Shown: piece by piece, positions 8,434 to 17,058 of the stretch | Layout: every line of letters begins with the position of its first letter | Position numbering within the stretch: position 1 is the stretch's first letter | NCBI GenBank assembly: GCA_046590585.1 | Contig: JBKJVD010000177.1 | Span: forward strand, 1 to 54,524 | DNA from: Thermoanaerobaculia bacterium | Lineage (GTDB): Bacteria; Acidobacteriota; Thermoanaerobaculia; Gp7-AA8 | Direction of reading: 5' to 3' | DNA length: 54,524 nucleotides | Notes under the pieces: generated by a model | The model's input: only the letters and a program-made list of their open reading frames with translations | Databases searched by the model: none | What the model was told of the DNA's origin: nothing | Made by a program: the position numbers and the translations under genes

Positions 8434-9783
8434 ATGCCTCTCCCTATGCGGCACGACACCTTCCCGACAGAAATCACGCGCCAGCAGCTGGTCCACTGGT
8501 ATTGCGTGAACCGCGAGCGCACGCGAAAGCTGTTCGACCTGATCGAACCGGAGGCGTACTACGAGCGTCCGATTGCGCTGCGCAATCCGATCGTCTTTTA
8601 TGAGGGACACCTGCCCGCCTTCGCAGTGAACACACTCGTGAAGGGAGCGCTGAGCGCCGAAGGGGTCGACGCACAGCTCGAGGTGCTCTTCGAACGCGGC
8701 ATCGATCCGGAAGACGAAGGCGCGCTGAAGGGAGCGCCTAACTCCTGGCCCGCCCGGCCTGAAGTCCAGGCCTACGCACTCGCCGCCGATGCGTTGATTG
8801 AAGAAGCGCTGCTCCACGCTTCCCTCGAGAACGACGGTATCCCCACCCTGCGCGGTGGTGAAGCAGTCCTCACGATTCTCGAGCACGAGCTGATGCATCA
8901 GGAGACGCTGCTCTACATGCTGCACAACCTGCCGCACTCGCAGAAGCGGATCACACCTCCGCTGAACGCGCGCACGCCCCCGCAGACGAGCGGATGGCGC
9001 GGCGAAGAAATGATCGACATCGACGCGGGAAGCGCGACGCTCGGCAAGGCTCGTGATTCGACGTTCGGGTGGGACAACGAGTTCGGCGAGCTTCACGTCG
9101 AGGTCCCTGAATTTTCCATCGGACGATGGAACGTGACGAACGCCGAGTTTCACGAATTCGTCAGTGCCGGCGGCTATCAGCGTCGCGATCTCTGGTCTCC
9201 GGAAGCGTGGGGCTCGATCTCGAAGAGCGACCTCCATCACCCGCATTTCTGGGTGGAACAGGGCGGTCACTACCTCTGGCGCGGGATGTTCGAGTGGATC
9301 CGCCTGCCTGGTCGCTGGCCTGCGTGGGTCACTCACGCGGAAGCTGAGGCGTACGCCCGGTGGCGAGGAGCCAGGCTCCTGACTGAACCGGAGTACCAGC
9401 GGGCCGCTTACGGAACCCCGTCAGGCGAAGTGCGTCTGCATCCCTGGGGGAGCGGAGCGCATGGACCCCAGCACGGCTGGTTCAACTTCGCCGGCTGGGA
9501 TCCATGCGAGGTCGGGACCCACCCGGCCGGTGCGAGCGCCTGGGGCGTCGAAGATCTCGTCGGTAACGGCTGGGAGTGGACTTCGACGTTGTTCGGTCCT
9601 CTGCCCGGCTTCGAGCCGATGCCGTCCTATCCCCGGTATTCAGCCGACTTTTTCGACGAGGCGCATTACGTGCTGAAAGGAGCTTCGCCGATCACGCCGG
9701 TCGAGCTCATCCGTTCCACCTTCCGGAACTGGTTTCGCCCTCATTACCCCTACGTCTTCGCCTCGTTCCGGATCGCGCGCTAG
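8434..9783 (+). CDS. EgtB-like sulfoxide synthase (DinB-like N-domain + FGE-sulfatase/SUMF1 C-domain)
   Basis: N-terminal PIVFYEGHLPAF (DinB-type metal-binding helix). C-terminal GNGWEWTS and RGASP motifs of the FGE-sulfatase fold. The first ~130 codons of the track ORF overlap the upstream gene and are rejected. Confidence 0.75.
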   Translation: MPLPMRHDTFPTEITRQQLVHWYCVNRERTRKLFDLIEPEAYYERPIALRNPIVFYEGHLPAFAVNTLVKGALSAEGVDAQLEVLFERGIDPEDEGALKGAPNSWPARPEVQAYALAADALIEEALLHASLENDGIPTLRGGEAVLTILEHELMHQETLLYMLHNLPHSQKRITPPLNARTPPQTSGWRGEEMIDIDAGSATLGKARDSTFGWDNEFGELHVEVPEFSIGRWNVTNAEFHEFVSAGGYQRRDLWSPEAWGSISKSDLHHPHFWVEQGGHYLWRGMFEWIRLPGRWPAWVTHAEAEAYARWRGARLLTEPEYQRAAYGTPSGEVRLHPWGSGAHGPQHGWFNFAGWDPCEVGTHPAGASAWGVEDLVGNGWEWTSTLFGPLPGFEPMPSYPRYSADFFDEAHYVLKGASPITPVELIRSTFRNWFRPHYPYVFASFRIAR

Positions 9784-9890
9784 CCGCTGCGGCCGTCAGC
9801 GGAGAGGCGAGACCCGCCGGAGCACTCGTGCATCCCTCGTCCTCCATCCCTCGACCGGGTTTCCTCGAATTCGCGAAAGTGACATGATGC

Positions 9891-10517
9891 ATGACCATGG
9901 AAGCGAAAACATATAAAGCAAAGTCGTTCGATCTCAGTGGCCTCAACGGCATCTCCGACCAGACGCTCGAGATTCACTTCAAGCTCTACGAAGGCTACGT
10001 CACCAACACCAACACGCTCACCCAACGCATCGGCGAACTCGTGACTGCAGGCCTGACTCCCGAGAACACCCCGGCGTACTCCGAACTCACGCGTCGCATG
10101 GGCTTTGAGTACAACGGCATGGTTCTCCACGAGTACTACTTCGGCAACATGCGGAAGCAGGGCGGTGGCGATCCGGGCGCGAAGTTCAAGGCGGCGGTAG
10201 AGAACACCTTCCCGAGCTTCGACACCTGGCGCGCTGACTTCGTCGGCGTCGGCAAGATGCGCGGCGTGGGCTGGGCCGTCACGTACCTCGATCCAATGAC
10301 CGGCTTCGTGTCGAATCACTGGATCAACCTCCACGAGACCGGCAACGTCGCCGGGTTCGTGCCGCTGCTGGTCATGGACGTCTGGGAGCATGCCTTCCTG
10401 CTCGACTACAAGCCGGCTGAACGTCCGAAGTACATCGACGCCTTCCTCTCAAACCTCGACTGGAACGTGGTCGACACCCGCCTCGGCGCAACAAAGATCG
10501 ACGCCAGCATCCGCTGA
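9891..10517 (+). CDS. Fe/Mn-family superoxide dismutase (divergent N-terminus)
   Basis: C-terminal signature DVWEHAFLLDY followed by ..FLSNLDWNVV. The length of about 208 aa fits the family. Confidence 0.8.
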   Translation: MTMEAKTYKAKSFDLSGLNGISDQTLEIHFKLYEGYVTNTNTLTQRIGELVTAGLTPENTPAYSELTRRMGFEYNGMVLHEYYFGNMRKQGGGDPGAKFKAAVENTFPSFDTWRADFVGVGKMRGVGWAVTYLDPMTGFVSNHWINLHETGNVAGFVPLLVMDVWEHAFLLDYKPAERPKYIDAFLSNLDWNVVDTRLGATKIDASIR

Positions 10518-10540
10518 GTTAATCTCTATCGAACCATCCA

Positions 10541-10572
10541 AGCCCTTTGCGTACGCGAAGGGCTTTTTCTTT
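10541..10572 (+). terminator. Rho-independent terminator of the SOD gene
   Basis: Hairpin AGCCCTTTGC-GTAC-GCGAAGGGCT followed by TTTTCTTT. Confidence 0.75.
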
Positions 10573-10675
10573 GGCTGCGGGTTCGCCGACTTCTCAGGAA
10601 CGTCCCGTGTTTATGCCGGGCTCCGAGGGCAGCGGGCCACCGCAACCGTGCCATCGACGTAACTCGCTCGTGTCC

Positions 10676-10701
10676 CCTTCTCCCGTCGCAACGGGAGAAG
10701 G
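10676..10701. repeat. REP-like GC hairpin in a long intergenic region
   Basis: CCTTCTCCCGT-CGCA-ACGGGAGAAGG, an 11-bp perfect stem. A related CTCCCGC-TGCG-GCGGGAG(AAG) hairpin lies at 10826-10848. Confidence 0.55.
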
Positions 10702-11088
10702 TGGCCGAAGGCCGGATGAAGGCGCGCACCCAGGTCGTCCGGATGAGAGAACCACGCGGCAGACATCTTCGTATCCACGGTGGCAGGAGGATCAACAGGG
10801 TTCCCTCATCCGGCCCCTGTACCCCTCCTCCCGCTGCGGCGGGAGAAGCGGTACTTGAATGATTTCCGTCGCTTCCACCTGCGTCGGGCGCACGAGTCAG
10901 GTCGCCCGCTGGCCAGTTTCTTTACCTCAGTCGGCGCGAGCCCGGTCAACTCGCTCATCATGGTGATTGCTGGGCAGCTACGCTTTACATTGCAAAGTAC
11001 TTGGTGCAAAGTAAGCGGCGTCCGCCATCATCAAGGACGACCCGGACCCCGCGGTTCACTGCAACCTTGCTCCGGAAGGAACGTAATC

Positions 11089-12045
11089 ATGGATATGGCT
11101 TCCCCTGTCATCGAAGTTTCCGGCCTGAAGAAAACCTACAGGTCAACGGTCGGACGGACCGTCACGGCCCTCGACGGAATCGACTTCTCCGTGCGGCCGG
11201 GCGAGATGTTCGGCCTTCTCGGGCCGAACGGCGCCGGGAAAACCACCTCGGTCAAGATTCTTCTCGGGCTCACTCCCGCCACCGAAGGTCATGCTCGGAT
11301 TGAAGGACTGCCGGTCACGGATCCTGAGTCGCGTCGTCACGTCGGCTATCTGCCCGAGGGACACAAGATTCCAGGCTACCTGACGGCACGGCAGGCCATG
11401 TCGATCTTCGGGCGCATGTCGGGCATGGAGAGCGCTGCGATCCAGAGCCGGACGGCACTGCTGCTCGACCGGCTCGGCATCGGTCAGTGGGGCGATGTCC
11501 GGATCAGGAAGTTTTCCAAAGGGATGACGCAGCGCCTGGGGCTGGCCATGGCCATGATTCACGAGCCGAAGGTCCTGCTGCTCGACGAGCCGACGGACGG
11601 CGTCGATCCCGTGGGACGCCGGGAGATCCGCGACGTGCTGCGGGCCGAGGCCGATCGCGGATGCGCGGTGCTCCTCAACTCGCACCTGCTCTCGGAGATC
11701 GAACTGACCTGCGATCGCGTGGCCGTGCTGCGCGGCGGAAAGACCGCCGCCGAAGGGACCGTCGAAGAACTCACCCGCCAGACGGCTCAATACAAGATGG
11801 TGGCGAGTCCAGTCGATGATGCGCTTCTGGCGGCATTCCGTGAGTCGGGCGCCACCGCCGAGCGAGTCAACGGTCATGTCGTGATCTCCGTCGGCGACCT
11901 GGTTCACCTCAACGCCCTGATCGATACCGCTCGAACACGCGGCGCGATGTTCAGCGAGATCTCACCCGTGCGCTCCACCCTGGAAGACGTGTTCGTCGAC
12001 CTGATCAAGACCGGCGAGAGACAGCAGGTAGGAGCGCAGTCATGA
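11089..12045 (+). CDS. ABC transporter ATP-binding protein (ABC-2 type exporter)
   Basis: GGAAGGA RBS. Walker A GPNGAGKTT, signature FSKGMTQRL and Walker B LLLDEPTDG. Confidence 0.9.
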   Translation: MDMASPVIEVSGLKKTYRSTVGRTVTALDGIDFSVRPGEMFGLLGPNGAGKTTSVKILLGLTPATEGHARIEGLPVTDPESRRHVGYLPEGHKIPGYLTARQAMSIFGRMSGMESAAIQSRTALLLDRLGIGQWGDVRIRKFSKGMTQRLGLAMAMIHEPKVLLLDEPTDGVDPVGRREIRDVLRAEADRGCAVLLNSHLLSEIELTCDRVAVLRGGKTAAEGTVEELTRQTAQYKMVASPVDDALLAAFRESGATAERVNGHVVISVGDLVHLNALIDTARTRGAMFSEISPVRSTLEDVFVDLIKTGERQQVGAQS

Positions 12046-12893
12046 AGACCATCGCGGCCAACATCGAAGACGTCATGCGGGAAGCAGCAGCACGCTGGAC
12101 GCTGCTCGCCTACTTCTTTCTCTCCACGATCTTCATCATCATCTTCGCCTCGGCGATCAATCTCGACATCGTCGACGGCACGCTGGCCGGAGCAAAGTTG
12201 TTCGGGAAAGAAGTACAGATGAACGATTCGATGAGCATCGAGAAACTCGTGCTCGGCTTCGAATCGGGCTTCTCGGCAGTGCTCTATTTCCTCTGCACGT
12301 TCCTCGCGATTTTCGCGACAGCCCACCTCGTGCCTCGGATGCAGGAGAAGGGAACGATCGATCTCTATCTCTCACGTCCGGTCTCGCGCCTGTCGCTGCT
12401 GCTGTCCCGATACGTGGCAGGCCTGCTCCTCGCGGCCAGCAATGTCACGTACCTGATGGTTTCCATCTGGGCGATCGTCGTCTGGAAGACTGGCGTGGCT
12501 CATTACAAGTTCCTGCTCGCCGGCGCCATCATCATGCTGGTGATCGCGACCCTGCTCGCGTTTGCCTTCCTCGTGGGCGTGGTCACGTCCTCCACCGCTG
12601 TATCGATCATGACGAGCTACGGCCTCTTCTTCTTCTCGCTGATGCTCCTCGCCCACGACCGGATCGCGGCTGCGGTGTCGCATGACTGGCAGGCCTGGTT
12701 GATCCAGACGCTTTACTGGGTCGTGCCGAAGACGGCCGAACTCGGGCAGGCGGTCGTTGCGTTCGTCGCCGGGGACAATCTGCCCGTGAAGTTAGGCGCA
12801 GTCCTCACTCCCGCTCCGTTTCTCACCACTGCGGCCTTTGGTATCGGGTCGCTCGCACTCGCAGCATGGCTGTTTCAACGAAAGGAGTTCTGA
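12042..12893 (+). CDS. ABC-2 family transporter permease
   Basis: The start overlaps the ATPase stop. At least 6 hydrophobic segments run through the 283 aa. Confidence 0.75.
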   Translation: MKTIAANIEDVMREAAARWTLLAYFFLSTIFIIIFASAINLDIVDGTLAGAKLFGKEVQMNDSMSIEKLVLGFESGFSAVLYFLCTFLAIFATAHLVPRMQEKGTIDLYLSRPVSRLSLLLSRYVAGLLLAASNVTYLMVSIWAIVVWKTGVAHYKFLLAGAIIMLVIATLLAFAFLVGVVTSSTAVSIMTSYGLFFFSLMLLAHDRIAAAVSHDWQAWLIQTLYWVVPKTAELGQAVVAFVAGDNLPVKLGAVLTPAPFLTTAAFGIGSLALAAWLFQRKEF

Positions 12894-12897
12894 GACC

Positions 12898-13872
12898 ATG
12901 AATCCCCGCATCGCAACTGCCGCACTCGCCGCTCTCCTGACGCTTCAGGCCCCCGCACTGCTCGCCAAGAGCGGCGCGCTGGCACTGGTCCCGAACAACG
13001 CAGTCACCGTCGGAATGGTGAAGCTCAGTGAGCTGCGCACCAGCCCCCTGTCCAGCACGCTGTTCAAGCAGACCGATCACCTCGGCTCCCACGGTGATGC
13101 CGCAGATTTCATCCGGGAGACAGGACTCGATCCCTCGAAGGACATCGATACCGTGGTCGTTGCCACCGCGCCGCGCACCGCGCTGGGCACGGACGCTGAC
13201 GTTCTGGTGATCGCCGAAGGACGCTTCAACATCGACCGCCTCTCGAAGGCGATGATGTCGCACGGCGCCACGAAGAAGGCCGGTTACTTCCTCCTCGACA
13301 ACGACGGCAGTGATTCGAAGACCGCCGCCGTGGCGTTCCTGAGCAACGGAGTTGCAGTCGGCGGCAGCGAGAAAGCGGTAGTCGACGCCATCGCCGCCAA
13401 CGCCAAGGGCGACACCGGCTTCGTGCTGGCCAGTACCCTGGGGCGCGACCTGGCACGCATCGAGGCAAACGCAAGTGCCTGGCTCCTCGTCGACGTTCCA
13501 CGCGCGTCGCGCCTTGCCGGCGGCATCAACATGCCGAGCGGGCAGGGTTCTTCACCGGCGTTCACGGCCGCGATCAAGAGTCTTTCGACGGTCGGCATCT
13601 GGGGAATCGACAGTGGCGACGCACTCAAGCTCGGAGGGTTCGGCGTCTCCACCGATGGCGAAACGCTCGAACTTCTCGAAGACACGATTCGCGGAGCACT
13701 CTCCGCGATGCGTCTCGCAGTGAAGGACAAGAGTCCCGAGATGGTCTCGGTGCTGCGGCGTTTCGAAGTCTCACGCTCGAACGACACCGTGCGGGTCAAC
13801 GGTTCGATCCCTGCGGACATCCTGCGCGAACTGCAGGCGAAGAAGCCGGTCGCAAAGACCGCCACGAAGTAA
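12898..13872 (+). CDS. Secreted hypothetical protein co-transcribed with the ABC-2 exporter
   Basis: AAAGGAG RBS. Signal peptide MNPRIATAALAALLTLQAPALLA. I recognise no family. Confidence 0.6.
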   Translation: MNPRIATAALAALLTLQAPALLAKSGALALVPNNAVTVGMVKLSELRTSPLSSTLFKQTDHLGSHGDAADFIRETGLDPSKDIDTVVVATAPRTALGTDADVLVIAEGRFNIDRLSKAMMSHGATKKAGYFLLDNDGSDSKTAAVAFLSNGVAVGGSEKAVVDAIAANAKGDTGFVLASTLGRDLARIEANASAWLLVDVPRASRLAGGINMPSGQGSSPAFTAAIKSLSTVGIWGIDSGDALKLGGFGVSTDGETLELLEDTIRGALSAMRLAVKDKSPEMVSVLRRFEVSRSNDTVRVNGSIPADILRELQAKKPVAKTATK

Positions 13873-13891
13873 CTTCCACGCGAATGAAACG

Positions 13892-13923
13892 AAAGGGCCG
13901 GCGATCGCCGGCCCTTTTTGTTT
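13892..13923. terminator. Bidirectional rho-independent terminator
   Basis: AAAGGGCCGGCGATCGCCGGCCCTTTTTGTTT, a perfect GC stem flanked by an A-tract and a T-tract, between convergent genes. Confidence 0.8.
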
Positions 13924-13939
13924 GAAGCTGCAGGTCGCG

Positions 13940-14647
13940 CTAGACGAACCGACGCAGGTGTTCGCGCCACCAAGGCCAGTCATGACCGAACTGGCCTGGC
14001 CAGACCTCGAAGTGGTGGTTCACACCCTTGCTTCGCAGCAGGTTCGAAAACTCGCGGTTCTTGTCGATGAGCGAATCGTGCTCGCCCGTCGCAATCACCC
14101 ATTCGACACGTGAAAGCTTTCCGGCCCATTCGCCATCCATGTTCGGGATGTAGGCGACCGGGCAATTGAAGTAGCAGGTCTCGTCCCAGTAGCCGTCGAG
14201 GAACGAGTGGATGTCGTAGATGCCTGAGAAGCAGATGGCGCGACTGACCACGTCGGGATACTTCGCCGCGAAGTTCGCGGCGTGGTAAGCGCCGAAGCTG
14301 GCGCCGTAGACCGCGAGGTCGCCACGCTGCGCGCGGTTGAAGATGTAGGGGACCATCTCGTGACGCAGGTAAGCATCGAACTGCGCGTGCCGCGCGGCGC
14401 GCACGGCCGGATGGATACTCTTGTTGTACCAGCTCTCCTGGTCGACCGAATCGACGAGCACGAGCTGGATCTCTCCCGCGTCGACCTTGTCGGCCACCGA
14501 GTCAGCGAGTTTGAAGTCATCGTTTTCCGTGAAGCGACCGCCCGACGTCGGAAAGAGGATGACCGGCCGGCCGAACTTGCCGAACCAGAGAAACTCCATC
14601 GTGCGCCCCAGTGACGGGCTCCCCCAGCTTCCGTACTCTTTGTACAT
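13940..14647 (-). CDS. Esterase/alpha-beta hydrolase (putative esterase family, esterase D-like)
   Basis: From MYKEYGSW onward the protein shows the nucleophile elbow GASFGAY and a C-terminal GEHD..H pattern. The upstream ~400 codons of the 641-aa track ORF are antisense to the ATP-grasp gene and are rejected. Confidence 0.75.
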   Translation of the reverse strand: MYKEYGSWGSPSLGRTMEFLWFGKFGRPVILFPTSGGRFTENDDFKLADSVADKVDAGEIQLVLVDSVDQESWYNKSIHPAVRAARHAQFDAYLRHEMVPYIFNRAQRGDLAVYGASFGAYHAANFAAKYPDVVSRAICFSGIYDIHSFLDGYWDETCYFNCPVAYIPNMDGEWAGKLSRVEWVIATGEHDSLIDKNREFSNLLRSKGVNHHFEVWPGQFGHDWPWWREHLRRFV

Positions 14648-14851
14648 GCTGATCTTCCCCTGGCGATGCAACGCTTGAATCCGCGTCGATCGCGCCGCCA
14701 AAACCCTGCGTTTGAGCGGTTTCTCTCTCGTTGCCGAACGAAGGGCGATTCTATACGATGACCGGACTCCGGAGAGCAGGGTACGGTCGTGGACGGTGAG
14801 CCGTCCCGCGAGGCCCGCGACCCCGGGGCAATCCGAACCACGGGAGTTCTC

Positions 14852-15823
14852 ATGAACAAGAAGAGAATCGGTCTGCTCTTCGGGATGGAAGACACGTTTC
14901 CCTGGGCCCTGATCGAGCGCATCAACAGCCTCGGTGGCGCAACGGTGGAAGCTTCGCCCGTCGAGATGTCCTACATCAAGGACGACGGCGTCTTCCCTTA
15001 CGACCTGGTCCTCGATCGCATCAGCCACGAGATCCTCTTCTACCGCACCTATCTGAAGTGCGCGGCGGCTTCGGGGGTAAAGATCGTCAACAATCCGATC
15101 TGGTGGTCCGCGGACGACAAGTTCTTCGACAACTTCGTCGCCATCGGTGGTGGCGTGGCTGTGCCGCGCACTGTGCTGCTGCCCCACAAGGAGCATCCGC
15201 CCAACACCACGGACAAGTCGTTCCGCAACATGAAGTTCGTCGACTGGGACGAAGTCTTCGGCTACCTCGGCTTTCCGATCTTCATGAAACCGGCGTACGG
15301 CGGCGGCTGGAAGGACGTTTACAAGTGCGACAACCCGCAGGAGTTCTTCGACGCGTATGACCAGACGCGCGACCTCGTCATGATGGCGCAGGAAGCAATC
15401 GAGTTCGAGTCGTACTGGCGCTGCTACGTCCTGGGACGCAAGCGCGTGCGCATCATGGGTTACGACCCCAAGCAGCCACACCATCTGCGCTACGTCCACA
15501 ACTACGACGAGAGTGACGCGCTGATGGCCCGGATTCATCGCGACGCCCTGACTCTCTGCGAGGGCCTGGGCTACGACATGAACACGGTGGAGTTCGCCGT
15601 GCGGGATGGTGTTCCCTACGCCATCGACTTCATGAACTGCGCCCCCGATGCGGACCGCGCGTCCGTCGGCGAAGAGAACTTCGAGTGGATGGTGCAGAAC
15701 ATGGCCGAAGTCCTGATCGAGATGGTCAACGGACCGGCACGGTTCGAGCTGACAGGCACATGGCCGAAACTTCTGAAGACTGACAAGCCGATCGACAAGC
15801 CGATCGGTCCACCCGCGAAGTAG
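14852..15823 (+). CDS. ATP-grasp domain protein (RimK/glutathione-synthetase-like amidoligase)
   Basis: GGGAG RBS. The region GFPIFMKPAYGGGWKDVYKC...MMAQEAIEF...NTVEFAV has the typical ATP-grasp layout. Confidence 0.7.
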   Translation: MNKKRIGLLFGMEDTFPWALIERINSLGGATVEASPVEMSYIKDDGVFPYDLVLDRISHEILFYRTYLKCAAASGVKIVNNPIWWSADDKFFDNFVAIGGGVAVPRTVLLPHKEHPPNTTDKSFRNMKFVDWDEVFGYLGFPIFMKPAYGGGWKDVYKCDNPQEFFDAYDQTRDLVMMAQEAIEFESYWRCYVLGRKRVRIMGYDPKQPHHLRYVHNYDESDALMARIHRDALTLCEGLGYDMNTVEFAVRDGVPYAIDFMNCAPDADRASVGEENFEWMVQNMAEVLIEMVNGPARFELTGTWPKLLKTDKPIDKPIGPPAK

Positions 15824-15842
15824 CGCCAGAAAAGGGGAGTGC

Positions 15843-16952
15843 ATGCCTCTGCGTCCATCGTTCACCCTCGGGATCGAAGAAGAGTTTCAAGTCGTCGATC
15901 CGGTGACCCGCGAACTCAAGTCGCACATTCAGGAGCTGTTCAACGAGGGTGAGCGCCGGCTCAAGGAAGAGATCAAGCGCGAGATGCATGACGCGGTGAT
16001 CGAGGTCGGCACCCCGATCTGCCAGGACATCAAGCATGCTCGGCGCGAGGTCACGCGACTCCGGCGAGAGATCTGTACGCTCGTTCGCGAGGCTGACCTC
16101 CGGATCGCCGCGGCGGGAACGCACCCGATCAGCCACTGGAAGGACGTCGCCATCACGGACGCTCCGCGCTACGACAAGATCCTCTTCGACCTTCAGGTCG
16201 TCGCCCGTGGCAATCTCGTGTTCGGCCTGCACGTCCACGTCGCCATCGAGGATCTGGAGACGCGCATCCAGATCATGAACGCGGCTCGCTACTTTCTGCC
16301 GCACATCTTTGCGCTGTCGGTGAACTCGCCGTTCTGGTGCGGATCGAACACCGGCTGGAAGAGCTACCGCTCCAAGGTCTTCGAACGGTTTCCCCGAACC
16401 GGCATGCCCGACTTTTTCCGTTCGGCGAGTGAGTTCGACGAGTACGTCCAGCTGCTCATCAAGACCAACTGCATCGACAACGCGAAGAAGATCTGGTGGG
16501 ACGTCCGCCCCCATCCATTTTTTCCGACGCTCGAATACCGCATCTGCGACGTGCCGATGCGTATCGACGAAACCATCTGCTTCGCCGCACTCTTCCAGGC
16601 GGTGACCGTGAAGCTCTGGAAGCTCTACTCGCGCAACATGGGGTGGCGTCTCTACCGCCGCTCGCTGCTCAATGAGAACAAGTCGCGCGCCGCGCGCTTC
16701 GGAGCGGACGCAATGCTGGTCGACTTCGGGAGGAGCACGGAAGTTCCGTTCACGGAACTGCTCGACGAGCTGCTCGAATTCGTCGATGACGTCGTCGACG
16801 AGCTCGGGTCACGCGAGGAATGCTATTACGCTCGTGAGATCGTGAAGCATCGCACCGGCGCCGATCGCCAGCTCGCCGTCTTCGAAAAAACGAACGACCT
16901 CAAGGCGGTAGTCGACTACATCGTCGAAGAAACGGAACACGGGGTCTTCTAA
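15843..16952 (+). CDS. Carboxylate-amine ligase, GCS2 family (YbdK-like)
   Basis: The N-terminal FTLGIEEEFQVVD motif is diagnostic of the glutamate-cysteine ligase family 2. GLHVHV and WWDVRP motifs are also present. Confidence 0.85.
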   Translation: MPLRPSFTLGIEEEFQVVDPVTRELKSHIQELFNEGERRLKEEIKREMHDAVIEVGTPICQDIKHARREVTRLRREICTLVREADLRIAAAGTHPISHWKDVAITDAPRYDKILFDLQVVARGNLVFGLHVHVAIEDLETRIQIMNAARYFLPHIFALSVNSPFWCGSNTGWKSYRSKVFERFPRTGMPDFFRSASEFDEYVQLLIKTNCIDNAKKIWWDVRPHPFFPTLEYRICDVPMRIDETICFAALFQAVTVKLWKLYSRNMGWRLYRRSLLNENKSRAARFGADAMLVDFGRSTEVPFTELLDELLEFVDDVVDELGSREECYYAREIVKHRTGADRQLAVFEKTNDLKAVVDYIVEETEHGVF

Positions 16953-17058
16953 CACTGACTCAACTCGACCGGGAGCCTGGACCGCGCGCTGCATCCTGAA
17001 TGCTGCGCGCCGGGAGCGTGGCGCTCTTTCTGCTACGGAACACGTTCGGACATCACAC

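Noticed and set aside
11002-11016. Sigma-54-like GG-N10-GC match (TGGTGC-AAAGT-AAGC) upstream of the ABC operon
   Set aside because: Only the spacing and the GG/GC dinucleotides match, and both boxes are poor. I recorded the 9-bp direct repeat it overlaps instead.
13940-15865. 641-aa minus-strand ORF suggesting a large protein
   Set aside because: Only the C-terminal 236 aa (from MYKEYGSW, 13940-14647) look like a real esterase. The upstream ~400 codons are antisense to the well-supported ATP-grasp gene and have the Arg/His/Val-rich composition typical of high-GC shadow frames.
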